NCBI GenBank assembly: GCA_000004985.1 | Contig: GG738912.1 | Reading direction: 5' to 3' (one strand) | Origin: Naegleria gruberi | Taxonomy: Eukaryota | Length of the DNA: 64,000 nucleotides | Shown here: in pieces, positions 8,907 through 20,055 of the stretch | Layout: each line of letters opens with the position of its first letter | Numbering within the stretch: the first letter of the stretch is position 1 | Position numbers and translations under genes: made by a program | Notes under the pieces: generated by a model | Told to the model about the DNA's origin: nothing | Seen by the model: only the letters and a program-made list of their open reading frames with translations | Databases searched by the model: none

Positions 8907-10094
8907 TTACCACCAAAATACTATGTCAGTATTAGTCTGTTTGGAAAATTCATCACTAATTTTGTTTCCACTCACGTCTAATAATTGTAAATTCTTCATT
9001 TGTGTGATTGCCTTAAGTCCTTCATCCGTTATTTCATTGTTATTTACATATAAAATAGATAATTTCTCTAATTCACTAATGTAGTGTGCTCCTTCGTCTT
9101 GAATATCATTGAGTGAAATATCTAGTTCAGTTACGCGTTGCATTTTGCTGATAAATTTTGCTCCAGTTGGGCCAATTTCGCAATTATTGATCAAAAGTGT
9201 TGTCAATTGTTCAAGTTCACCGATTGATTCTGCTCCTTGTTGTCCAATTAAATTGAAACCAACATTGATAAATGTCAAGCCTTTCAGTTGGCTAATTGAA
9301 TTGGCTCCTTCCTCTCCAATTCCATTACTACTAACATCTAGTTTGGTTAAATTCTTCATATGGCTTATTGAATACATTCCTTCATCACCAATGTTATTGC
9401 TGCCAATGAAAAGCTCTCTTAATTGATCTAATTGTGCAATGAGTTCTGCTCCTTGTATTCCAAGATCATTATCATTAATTCTGAGAGAGGTTAAATTTCT
9501 CATCCCACTAACTACCTCCACATCCAAACATTTGAGCTTAGTGTATGACATGTCCAGAATAGTCAATTGCTTCATATCTTTAATTTTACAAACTGATTCA
9601 AAACTAAATCTATTTCCAGAAACATTAAGTTCTTTCAATTGCTTCATTTGTGAAATTACACTGATTTCTCTATCAGAAATTTTACAAAACACAACATGAA
9701 GCCTCCTTAAATGCTCGCATCGTGCAATGCTCTCTATTGCATCAATAGTTATTTCATTCTTGTTATTAATAACAAGAGAATTCAGCCTTTGTGCCATTTC
9801 AATTCCATTCCAAAATCTTTCATTCTGAATTCTTGCTCTGACTTCAATATTCGTAAAATATGATAACCATTCAAAATGTTCAATATTAGAATGTCTATTA
9901 ATTATTACTATTGAAAGAATCGATCGTTCCCTAATTACATTCATCCATTGTTTAGAAATTAATAAACAATTCTTCAATAGGAATTTGTGATCCGCGTCTA
10001 CAAAGGAGAGAATTTCAAAAATTACATCATCAGAAAATAATTCTTGATGTTGTGATTTGATGCGGGTGGAATCTTCTACGTGATTGTTGAGCAT
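8907..10094 (-). CDS. F-box-like / RI-type leucine-rich-repeat protein
   Basis: N-terminus DDVIFEILSFVDADHKFLLKNCLLISKQWMNVI is F-box-like. It is followed by about 10 RI-type 24-28 aa LRRs (LxxLxxLxISxNxIGxEGAxxISxLxx). Start is A-rich (aaaaaaaaATG at 10094). Confidence 0.6.
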   Translation of the reverse strand: MLNNHVEDSTRIKSQHQELFSDDVIFEILSFVDADHKFLLKNCLLISKQWMNVIRERSILSIVIINRHSNIEHFEWLSYFTNIEVRARIQNERFWNGIEMAQRLNSLVINNKNEITIDAIESIARCEHLRRLHVVFCKISDREISVISQMKQLKELNVSGNRFSFESVCKIKDMKQLTILDMSYTKLKCLDVEVVSGMRNLTSLRINDNDLGIQGAELIAQLDQLRELFIGSNNIGDEGMYSISHMKNLTKLDVSSNGIGEEGANSISQLKGLTFINVGFNLIGQQGAESIGELEQLTTLLINNCEIGPTGAKFISKMQRVTELDISLNDIQDEGAHYISELEKLSILYVNNNEITDEGLKAITQMKNLQLLDVSGNKISDEFSKQTNTDIVFWW

Positions 10095-11432
10095 TTTTTT
10101 TTAATTTTTTTAAAAAAACATTAATGGAAATTTCAGAGACCAAATAACTTGAACGATCAAAGGCAGAATCTACAACTGAGAATGACTTGGTTTGAGAATC
10201 GTATCCAGTGGCCAAAACGAAATGTTCAGTCTTCTTTCCAGGTGGTTTGATTAGTTTCAAGATGACCATTCTTCCTTCACACAAGTTTCGAATAGTTACA
10301 GACATGTCAGTGGTTATCCCTGAGAATTTCACACCAAATTGTTTGTTAATGGATGCCCAGATAAATAAGTTTCCATCCTTGAAACCACGATTTTTCTTCA
10401 ACCATTCGTTCATTTCTTTTGGTGTCCATTCGGTTCTTCCCAAACCTTTCAATCCAGAAGTAATGGCCGAAAGAAGACAACCAGCTTTACAAATTGTTGA
10501 ACTTCCACTTCCTAATTTGAGAGATCCCCATCTTGTATCACATTGCTTAAAGACTGTGAATTGAGTATGAACATATCCTGGATAACATTCCTTTTTTGGA
10601 GGATTAGGTTTTATGGATATTTCTGGTTTTGGAGGAATTGGAATAGGTCTTGGAGATTCTTGTGGAATTGGAACAGGATTAGGTCTAGGAGAAGGTCTAG
10701 GATCTGGATGTGGTTTAGGAGAAGGAACTGGTGGCACAGGTTTTGGTGATTCATGTGGCACTGGTGGAACAGGTTTTGGTGAAGGGATTGGATTTGGAGG
10801 AATTGGCTTTGGTGAAGGAATTGGAATTGGTGGAGTTGGAGGATTCGGTTGGGGTGGATTTGGAATTGGTGGGACTGGATTTGGACTGGAGGAATTGGAA
10901 TAGGTCTTGGTCCTCTACAACATGGTCTGGCACAGTTGTTTCCTTGTTGTGGAATTTTCAAATCCAAATTGACATTGACGTTTTGTCTACTTCCTCCATT
11001 GGAAGATGCTGAGCTGGAGGAAGAAGCAGAGGCAGATGCAGGTTGTTGGATAATGATTGTTTGAGGAGGTGGTATAATTGGTTTAATCATTGGAACATTG
11101 AGAATGATATTTTGAGGAGGGAAGAAACACTTAGGTTTCTTGCAAGGTTTAGTTGGTTTTCTAATTGGTTTCTTACATGGTTTCTTTGGTTTCTTTCCAA
11201 TCACATGGACAATAAATCCAGGACTCTTGTTATTTCTACACTTGAGTCTTCTAATATTGGATCTAATCTTTCGAGATTTGGACGAAATTCTTTCAGTGTC
11301 CAAAGTAATCACTTGGACACTTCTTCTTTCATGATTTGCTGAGTCGCTTGCCAACACAGCAGCACTAAAGAAACAAATTAACAATAGTGTGGCCAACAAG
11401 AAAGCTGTTTTCACAATCAAATTGCTGAACAT
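10030..11432 (-). CDS. Secreted Lys/Pro-rich protein with a C-terminal papain-fold C39-like (BtrH/YvpB-type, Cys-His-Asp) peptidase domain; reading frame interrupted near 10885
   Basis: Start ATG 11432 (tcaaaaaaATG) gives a signal peptide MFSNLIVKTAFLLATLLLICFFSAAVLAS. Then come basic KKPxKP repeats and Pro-rich sequence (PRPIPIPP), which continues in a second frame from about 10905 (SPNPVPPIPNPPQPNPP...PKPHPDPRPSP). The C39-like domain follows: QCDTRWGS..TICKAGCLLSAITSGL...HFVLATGYD...VVDSAFD. The two frames meet at ccaGTcca (about 10885), consistent with a 1-nt indel. The C-terminal end overlaps the 5' end of the next gene and may be a read-through. Confidence 0.4.
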
Positions 11433-11650
11433 TTTTTTGATGGTTTTGGTCAATTGGCTTGAATCTCCTAGAAGAAATAGGTTTCGAATGGTTGAGTAGT
11501 TTCTGATATCATCACAGAAACCTTGACTCACTGATTCCTAGGTCTCTACAGGTATTGCAACTTTACAAAACATGTCAGGTCAAGCTTTGTTCCTGATAGT
11601 TCAGGGTTTATGCAAAAAAGGAAATGGAACTTTCGTTTATTCTTTGAAAA

Positions 11651-12788
11651 TTATTGGTTGGAAATATTAGAGCATGTGGACAAACAGCGATTATCATCCC
11701 CATCTTCGTTGATAGTTGTCATTGGTGTGGAAGTTTGAATCTGTAGTTGACCTTCCTCAACATTAACTGAACTTGAAATATTACTATTTGCATTATCATG
11801 ATCAATTAAATGTTTCAATACCACCTTTCTGATTTGGAAGAGCACAAACCATGATAATCTTATCATGACCAATACCAAGGAAATCTTGATAGTTTCTCCT
11901 GGTAAGAATGGAACTAAACCCTTCTCAATTCCCTTAGAGAGTCCAAGATTTGGCACTCCGAATGCCAACCATCCACATCCAAATACAAATGTAACAGCAT
12001 TCGATAGACACAACATGAGGAGATTCATCATGATGGTACGATCTGAAGCCATTTTGGAGCAAAACCAACCACAAATCAGTGCACTAAAGACAAAACCAAT
12101 GAGGAAACCACTACTACTCGACTGGAACAAGACCAGATTTCCATGTGTTTGATTGGAAAACCAAGGAATATCAAGAACAGAACCACAGAATAAATAGAGG
12201 AGAATACTGAGTGGAGCAATGACAAAACCAGTTAAGGAGCCAAGCCACAAGACACCAAAAGTTTGTCCAGTGATTGGAACGGCACTAATGGAGGAAGGGA
12301 GTGAAATGGAAATTTGAGCACAAACTCCCATCAAGCATGCTCCAAAGATAACCAACAACATGTTGGAAATGAAGGGAACGACAGCATTGGAAACGATTGT
12401 TTTCAAAAGTGGATGGCATGTGCCAAGTTTCAAATGCCACTTTTTTACAAGATCAAATCTTCTCTCACTCTTGATAAGAATGAGATCAAAAACTGAACGC
12501 ATGAGTGCCATGTATGCATCCAAGAATGAAGGATACCAACTTGGGTTGACCAAGATTTTCACAGGAGGTTCCTCTTCAACCATTGGTGTAGAAGTGCTGC
12601 CAATTCTACCAATTGAGTGGTCTTGTCCTCTTCTTCTTCTAATCTGTGATATATTTTCAGATTCAATGGTGAGATGTTGCTGAGAAACTTTATATCCAAG
12701 CTTTCTTTCAATTTCCTTGCCCAAATCATCAATTCTGCTTGACGATTCAAATGACTCACCAAGTGGGGACACTACAAGATATTGCATG
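11651..12788 (-). CDS. BioY-family (biotin ECF-transporter S-component-like) membrane protein with a eukaryote-style N-terminal extension
   Basis: Strong BioY blocks: CAQISISLPSSISAVPITGQTFGVLWLGSLTG, ILLYLFCGSVLDIPWFSN..GNLVLFQSSSSGFLIGFVFSALICGWF, FGCGWLAFGVPNLGLSKGIEKGLVPFLPGETIKISLVLVM. Likely ATG at 12788 (aaaaaaacaccATG), with about 130 aa N-terminal to the BioY core. Confidence 0.6.
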
Positions 12789-13160
12789 GTGTTTTTTTTG
12801 TATTGTTTTTCTCTCAAGATCTTGTGAGGAGAGAACTCGAAGCTCAATAGAATTTGATTCTTCTAAGTGTTTGGGGAGACCGAAATATTCGGAAGTTTTG
12901 AAAAGATCCGTTTAATGTGTAAGCAATTCTGAACCTTCTTTAAGGATTTTTAATAATCACGAACGACTCCCCGAATACAATATGGTTTCACACATTGTAA
13001 ATTTAACAGAGTTACGAATATTAAATTATAATTAATCTAATTAATAATAAAGCATCAATATATTGCTAACTAGATTGCTAATCAATCATGCATGGATTTG
13101 AAACTAGATCCAATATCTATCACGTAAATATTCAAAACTCATTAATAAAACATGAATTGT

Positions 13161-14876
13161 TTAATAACGTGAGGTGGTGAAGCCATCATCCTCATTGAGC
13201 ATTCTAAGCTTGTACTTTTGATATTCTTTTCCCATTTTGAATCTAGTGTAGGTATCTTTCATGACATGTTCAATTTCTGTGAGTGCTTCCTTGTAGAGGA
13301 GTACTACATTGGCAACATTATCAAAATCAGTGTCAAATTCATCTTTGAATTTGGCCAATAATTTGCTTGGAAGATTTAACTGGTAGACTGAAGTGGATGG
13401 AATGAATAATTGGTAGAGTTTCAGAGCTAGGGCTCTTTGTTCTTCTTCTGATAAAAAGATTGAATTCAAAAATTTCAAAACTTCCTCATAAAAGATAATA
13501 TTCTCTTGTGAATATTCATCTTTGGAGAAGGTTTTGAATTGTTCTCTCATGTAGGTGTCTCTTAAAAATTCTGAGAGTGAGGATCTACGAGATGTGGAAG
13601 GAAGATCAGCAGATGGAGTTTTTTTAGCAAAACTGAATCTTCTTGGAGATTCGAATAACTCTTCATCTGAATCTTTAGAGTTAGGGATTGGGTTTTCATT
13701 TCTGTTAAGTACAGAAAATTGGATTTCAAATGGTTCACTAATTTCAACAACTGTTGATTTTGCAGAATTAATTTCTGATTCGTGATTCATTAGATTGTTA
13801 AAATTCAACTTTGGAATAATGAGCTGATTGAGCATAAGGGTATTTCTTCTACTCTTTCGGTTAATGTTGAATGAATGGGATTTGTTAGGAGGTGTTAAAT
13901 TATCCACAATGGGACTACTTGAGCTAGAACTAGTACTAGCTCTGGCTGATCTGATATAACCAATTGGGAGTTCATGTTCATCATATTCATCTTCACTTTC
14001 CTCTGCTTCTTTAACTTCTTTACTTTCGTGAACTTTCTTCAAGTTAAGTGATAAGGCAAGTGAAATTGACTTTCTGAAAGAATTGGAATGTGAACTATTA
14101 GCTTCCAATTTGGAAGTTGGGGTTGATGGTGTTTGGATTTTGGCCGAGTAATCATTTCTAAAATCAGACTCTGCTTGTTTCAAATTTTTACAAAGTCCAT
14201 AAAATGAATTATTGGAATCTTTGAATTGTTTCTTGTGAGTCATGTGGAAAATAAATTTGTAATTCAACAAGATTTGACAAAAGCATTGACTGAATAGTCT
14301 AATCTCATCGGATTGAGAAAGTCCAAACCCATTATTTGACTCCACAATTGTCTCTGCCTTAATGATCTGACTAATCAATAATGTTGAATCCTTTCCTGTG
14401 AAACTTTCCTTAAAAGACTTGAGTAAATATCTATTATCTTTCACTGAAATTTCAGAGTGGAATTGTTTAGCAAGGTCAATAATAAATTCCACGGAAAGAA
14501 CCTTCTTTGATAGGCAAAAATCCACAAAGCTAGTCAAATGGTTTCTCTTTCTTTTCAATAATTGATTGGATGAATGTTTTCTTGGTGAAAGAGGTGTCAT
14601 TGGACTTGTCATTGGTGACTCAACAATCAATGGATTACTGGCAGATGATTTTGGAGAAGTATTTGGAGATGAGAAGAGAGAATCGTCATCATCCTTCAAA
14701 TAACCACAAAAATCCTCATAAAATCTCACAAGACAATTATGATGACTTGTTGATTGGTCGATCAAATCTGTCAATTTTGTAACAACTGACAATTCATTGG
14801 TTGCAGAGTCCTGAGCAGGATCTTCCTCATGCATTTGTGTTCCGTTATTCTTGTTTTTGTTCATTCTCTGTATCAC
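13161..14876 (-). CDS. RGS (regulator of G-protein signalling) domain protein, S/T-rich
   Basis: C-terminal RGS box: LRDTYMREQFKTFSKDEYSQENIIFYEEVLKF...LALKLYQLFI...ANVVLLYKEALTEIEHVMKDTYTRF. The N-terminal part may hold a second, degenerate RGS-like region. Confidence 0.6.
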   Translation of the reverse strand: MIQRMNKNKNNGTQMHEEDPAQDSATNELSVVTKLTDLIDQSTSHHNCLVRFYEDFCGYLKDDDDSLFSSPNTSPKSSASNPLIVESPMTSPMTPLSPRKHSSNQLLKRKRNHLTSFVDFCLSKKVLSVEFIIDLAKQFHSEISVKDNRYLLKSFKESFTGKDSTLLISQIIKAETIVESNNGFGLSQSDEIRLFSQCFCQILLNYKFIFHMTHKKQFKDSNNSFYGLCKNLKQAESDFRNDYSAKIQTPSTPTSKLEANSSHSNSFRKSISLALSLNLKKVHESKEVKEAEESEDEYDEHELPIGYIRSARASTSSSSSSPIVDNLTPPNKSHSFNINRKSRRNTLMLNQLIIPKLNFNNLMNHESEINSAKSTVVEISEPFEIQFSVLNRNENPIPNSKDSDEELFESPRRFSFAKKTPSADLPSTSRRSSLSEFLRDTYMREQFKTFSKDEYSQENIIFYEEVLKFLNSIFLSEEEQRALALKLYQLFIPSTSVYQLNLPSKLLAKFKDEFDTDFDNVANVVLLYKEALTEIEHVMKDTYTRFKMGKEYQKYKLRMLNEDDGFTTSRY

Positions 14877-15313
14877 TGTGATTGCAAAATTGTGATATCG
14901 TTAGGAAGGAAAAATTGTTGTAATCTAAATTTTGTTGATGATTATAATCCCTCGGCTTAGAAGGGTTTATTATTCGAAACTTACGTTAGTGTTGTGTGGT
15001 TTGCTGTGTGTGTGGATCAGAAACAAATGGTCTCGAAAGACTCTTTTGTTGTTGTGTGAGGAGTGAGAGGGAGGTTTGTGGTGTTTTTTTTCAAAATCAA
15101 AAAACGTTTCGATGAAAAAACATGTGAAATTCATGCTTGGGTGAATGTTGATGATTAATGTGATGTTTTTGAAAGTTATGCATGAAGACGAAAGGACCAA
15201 ATCACCGGACTCTTGGAGTTAATTAAACATTTGGAAAGTAGCAACAAGCATTATTGTGCAAATGGCCGAAATGTTTAGAATAATACATAAGAATTTATCC
15301 TCTTACTTCATTT

Positions 15314-16891
15314 CTAATGAGTACTTTCAAATATTACTTTGGGTTTCTTAGATTTTGATTGTACATAAAGGATGCCATCTGTATCAAGTCCAAACGTGAG
15401 TGAAATATTACTAGAAGATAACTCTGTTATCTCAGTAATCTTTACAATTCCAATCAGCTCATTATCACTTGCTTTTTTCGAATCACCTTCATATATTTTG
15501 AGTGAAACTGCTTTCTTTTGATTGTTTGGATTTGGCGGGAGGGAGAATTCTCTTTCTGAACTACAGGGAATGGAATTGTCCTTTTTAAGGAGTATCATTA
15601 AATCTCCTCCTATACTAATCTCACATCCAATGTTTCGGCTTGTAACTTCAATGAGGAGAAGATCTTTTTCAAAATTTGCTAATATACCACCTTGGATAGC
15701 AGCTCCAAAAACAACTGGATTTGGATAAATAGGTCTTGGATGGATGGATTTACAAAAATAGGTTGTAATGAGTTGTTTTAGTTTTGGTATTTCACATCCT
15801 CCTCCAATAATTATTGCATCGGCTATTTCTTCCTTGGAACAATTTGCTCTTCGAATGACCTTATCAGCAAGGGATAAACATTTTGAAAAGAAATCAGTAT
15901 TCAAATCCTCAAATTTAGAACGAGTTAGCACAATCTCAAAATCAATTCCATCCATTAGTGATTTGATAGATAGTTGTGTTTGCAATTCAGTAGATAATTT
16001 CTTCTTGGCTTCCTCGCATGCAACTTGCATCTTCCTCATTGAAACAGGATTCTCCTGTAGTCGTTTCTTGAATAATTTATAAAATTCCTCACAACAATAG
16101 CTCACTAAACTTTCGTCTAGCTTTGCACCACCATGGTTAGGGAGACCATCACTACTTTTTGTATCCACAACTCCATTGTCCACCAAGAACACTGAAGCAG
16201 AGCATCCTGACCTTCCCAAATCAAATACGAAAACCCTCTTTTCCCCTCTGTATTTCCAAATATACTGGAAGCAAGCTGCAGATGTATCATGAACGAGTCT
16301 ACTGTTTGTCACTCCAATACTTTCCACGACTTTCTTCATTTCAATTCTCTGATGATTCGAAAAGTAATTCGGAATTGAAACCACCAAATCCGTCACTGCT
16401 CGTTTCAAATATCTTTCAGCATCCTCCTTCAATTGTTTAAGAATTAATCCAATCATTTCATTAACAGATATTTCCTCATACTCCTCCTCTTTACAAACAC
16501 TCAAACGAATTGTCTTGTCCTGCTTTCTAATAATTCTGAATGGCCACTCATTACTTTTCAATATTAATTCGTCATCTTCATCATCACAAGCCTTTCCAAT
16601 TAATTGTTTAAAATCCCAGAATAAACAATATGGATCCTCCGATTTACTATAAAACTCCAAAGCCTCCTCTCCAATTAATATTCTACTATTACTCATAGAT
16701 GAGTCATCCAATAATGAAGAGGAAGAAACAAAGGCTATACACGTTGGAGTTTCATAATTTCCCAATTTATTTGGAATGTATTCAACATGATCTTCGAGAT
16801 AGACAGCCACTCGACAATGTGATCCTCCGAAATCAATGGCAACAATTCCGTGATTGAGATGAGAAAACATTTTTTTTAATGGTTGATCCAA
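15314..16891 (-). CDS. Divergent short Hsp70-family (actin-fold ATPase) protein
   Basis: Hsp70 NBD blocks: VAIDFGGSHCRVAV, DLGRSGCSASVFLV, EEAKKKLSTELQTQLSIKSLMDGIDFEIVLTRSKFEDLNTDFF, IIIGGGCEIPKLKQLITTYF. At 525 aa it lacks most of the lid/C-terminus. A-rich start. Confidence 0.65.
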   Translation of the reverse strand: MDQPLKKMFSHLNHGIVAIDFGGSHCRVAVYLEDHVEYIPNKLGNYETPTCIAFVSSSSLLDDSSMSNSRILIGEEALEFYSKSEDPYCLFWDFKQLIGKACDDEDDELILKSNEWPFRIIRKQDKTIRLSVCKEEEYEEISVNEMIGLILKQLKEDAERYLKRAVTDLVVSIPNYFSNHQRIEMKKVVESIGVTNSRLVHDTSAACFQYIWKYRGEKRVFVFDLGRSGCSASVFLVDNGVVDTKSSDGLPNHGGAKLDESLVSYCCEEFYKLFKKRLQENPVSMRKMQVACEEAKKKLSTELQTQLSIKSLMDGIDFEIVLTRSKFEDLNTDFFSKCLSLADKVIRRANCSKEEIADAIIIGGGCEIPKLKQLITTYFCKSIHPRPIYPNPVVFGAAIQGGILANFEKDLLLIEVTSRNIGCEISIGGDLMILLKKDNSIPCSSEREFSLPPNPNNQKKAVSLKIYEGDSKKASDNELIGIVKITEITELSSSNISLTFGLDTDGILYVQSKSKKPKVIFESTH

Positions 16892-17540
16892 TTTTAAAAG
16901 TTTACAATTTTAAATAATTTAATTGTTTGTGATATATGATGATACTAAATTCTGATGATTGTAAGAATGCATTCATTTTGTATTGATATTAAAGAAAATT
17001 TTTAATAATTAAGTGTTGTAAACAACTGATACCAAAATGGATTGGAACTAACTTTGGGAATTTTAATTTACGCATGAATTTCACAATTCAAGGTTATTTG
17101 CATCATTTTTCGGTTACTCAGTATTTTATACAATGAATTGTAAAATGATCAAATAGTTTACAATAGCCGATTGCAACTTTGAAATATAACTTCCAAAATG
17201 ATTTAAAGATGAAAGCAAGCATACACCATGAATCTGTATTATTCAACATCTCTTTCTGAATCTACCATAGAAATCAAGGTCATCACAGGTCTTGCAGGAA
17301 GTGACTGATTTCAAGCCTTCTTTAAAACAATCAGAATTAATAATATAATTAAAACATTAATAAACAAAATTATTTTTAATGGAACCAGGTTAGTAATTGT
17401 TTGAGATTTCTCTAATTGAGCTGTACCATCGGAACAAAATTCGAACATTTATTCTCCAAAAAGAAAATGAAATTCGAAACAATAGACACAGCTCAATGAT
17501 TATATAATGTACAAATTGATGCAGATAATATACAATTCAT

Positions 17541-18827
17541 CTATTCATCGTCTTCTCTAATATCATTCAATTCCTTTCCTCTAACCTTGTTGATAATAAT
17601 TTTCATAATCATGGAGAACCAGAAAATGTGTAAGGATACAAGAACAACCAAAAGAGAGATGAGTGACCAGAAACTACTAATGCAATATTTGAAGAGGCAA
17701 CCTCCATAATTTGTAACTTCAAGAAGAGAGTTAGCATTTTCAACATATCTGAAAATGTAATATCTTTGAGGATAGTCCCAACTGTTTGTTACAAAGAACA
17801 AGGCGTTAATGATGAGGTATGGCAAATATACTAATCTCAAAATTAAGAAGGATACTACAAATCCAACAAATAACATTTCACAAATCTTTTCCTGTTTGAA
17901 AAGTTTGAGTGTTTTGGCACTATAGAGAAAGACGTCAACAACATCGTGCAAGAGCAAGACCAAAGTACCAATTCTGTGATAGTAGGAAATTACACACCAA
18001 ACAATAAGGACAATAGTGACAAGGTGGTGAACCAACATTTCAACAAAGTCCTTCATTCTCTCATCGACAAAGAGCAATGTAAAGAGTGCTTGGAAATAGA
18101 AACCTGCTCCGACTAACAAGTACATTCTTACGAATGGCGAAATTTCATAGCCAGTTTGTTCTTGTGGGTAGCCAATAACAAGATGTGACAAGTCCCAGAA
18201 CCACGGAGTCTCCTTCAAAATCAAAAATCCCAAGACGGCCGAAGCAATATAATACAATGAAAACCAGAGATTTTCCATAAGACGTTGTTCATCTTTCAAT
18301 TGCTTGGAGGCATCTACAGCTTCCTTCTTTTCCTTGTTGCCGTCAGCAGCAGATGAACCAACGGAATAATCTCTCAATTTGAAAATCATACCCTTCACAC
18401 TCTCACTGTTGAGTATTCTTCTAATACCATACAAGAGAAGAGCACAGAAGAGAACAAATAATGTATCCTCTAAAGTCCAACCAACTCTTCTCCATATTGA
18501 TGGTGCTGCTTCATTACTTCCCATAAATAAAGGGAATGAATGAGGAGGACCTACGGAGAGATTATAAACGTTGGTGGCTCCATTCGATGTGTACGAATAG
18601 ATATGACTATTGTTAGAACCCTTGACCCCAAAGAAGTGATCAACAATATGATAAAAGATGGCTGCTGCTTGATTTTGTGAGGATAGACCACCTGAGGCTG
18701 CCATATTAGCAGCTGAATTATTTACAGAAAGGACGGAATGGTTGGTGGCAATGATAGAATCATCAGGATAGACCTTCATCATGGTCATTCCTGTTGTACC
18801 ACTATTGCTAGTATCAATTGTATTCAT
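17541..18827 (-). CDS. TLC-domain (Lag1/ceramide synthase-like) multipass membrane protein
   Basis: Lag1 motif MLVHHLVTIVLIVWCVISYYHRIGTLVLLLHDVVDVFLYSAKT (HH..T......HD..D) with multiple TM helices. The track start is TTG; the first ATG in frame is at 18827. Confidence 0.6.
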   Translation of the reverse strand: MNTIDTSNSGTTGMTMMKVYPDDSIIATNHSVLSVNNSAANMAASGGLSSQNQAAAIFYHIVDHFFGVKGSNNSHIYSYTSNGATNVYNLSVGPPHSFPLFMGSNEAAPSIWRRVGWTLEDTLFVLFCALLLYGIRRILNSESVKGMIFKLRDYSVGSSAADGNKEKKEAVDASKQLKDEQRLMENLWFSLYYIASAVLGFLILKETPWFWDLSHLVIGYPQEQTGYEISPFVRMYLLVGAGFYFQALFTLLFVDERMKDFVEMLVHHLVTIVLIVWCVISYYHRIGTLVLLLHDVVDVFLYSAKTLKLFKQEKICEMLFVGFVVSFLILRLVYLPYLIINALFFVTNSWDYPQRYYIFRYVENANSLLEVTNYGGCLFKYCISSFWSLISLLVVLVSLHIFWFSMIMKIIINKVRGKELNDIREDDE

Positions 18828-20055
18828 TATGTGATGATGTTTGATGATGAAGTTGAAAAATACCAAAATTCACTGATGATGAAAACCGAGATCAATGCAA
18901 TGAAATAATTTGTTGGCACCTATTATAACCCACTAGAAATGTTAAGTAAGTTAACCTTCTTTCAAATTCTCTCTCAAGCCAAAAAGCTCAAAATTTGTAT
19001 GTTAAATATATATCAATCTACTACAACAGCAAGTATCCACTACTGCTGTTACCTCAAAGTCGTTAGAAAAAGGAAGAATCGAGTTATAATCTACTCTCAC
19101 TTTACAATACAACACAAAGGAACAACCTGAAAAAGAATTGGCGAAAAATCTGATGGAAGTGAAAAAACACGGGGGTGGAGTGTTGGTGTTTTTTTTTCTA
19201 CTGGTTTGTGGATGATACTTGGCTCAACGATAACAGGCTGGTTTGATGAGACAATACAAGGGCTGTCTCAAGACTTCGCACAGGTTCGGCCTAGATTGAA
19301 TATTCACCGTCCTCCACTTGTGAGGTTTTGATGAGTTTGGTGAATCATGCATAGAACATGCATTGCAAGGGAGGGCTTTTAGGGATATAATGTTGGAGTA
19401 CATTTGCTAATTCGAACAGGGAAGGAAATTGAATGTTGGTGGTATGATTTCTTATCTTGATGATTGAATCGCAAGAGCATTTGATATTAGAAGAGACAAT
19501 GATGGCCGCCGATATTGCACTAGGAGGATTGGATATATTGTTGTTAACATAAACCTTCACACATGTGTAGGAAGTAATATGAAAATTGAAGGAGATCAAT
19601 TTCCAATCCAACTCCAATTGGATGTTAGATTCGTTTTCCGAACAAAGAAAGATGACAAACCAAATGGATAAAAAAGAAATTCTTGGACAAATTTGAAAAA
19701 CTGCAATACTTTACAACGAGTAATGGGTATCGAAGTTGTATTATCATGAATTTTACAACAATACAAAATGTGATGTTGGCGCCAAGTTCAACAGTTTAAT
19801 TGATGAATACTTTTATGTATTGGTTTAGACTGGTTGTTGTCAGCAAGTTCCCCTTGTTTGGTTTGAACCGCTCAATTTATAATTAAGGCGATTTTCTGCA
19901 ATATTCCATTTTTGTGCAATTTGTGTATTTCAACATTCCACCTAGTTGATAACATTTAAATATTCAAGTGTAATAACTAAATAAAGAGAATATCTAGATT
20001 ATTTTATTTAAATATTGGGAGGAAAATAACTTAGGTTTCAAAATTGAAAAGGAAA

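Noticed and set aside
10613-10903. Gly-rich plus-strand ORF (GFGGIGIGLGD...)
   Set aside because: It is the reverse complement of the Pro-rich (CCN) linker of the minus-strand secreted peptidase gene. GGN codons give a stop-free antisense frame.
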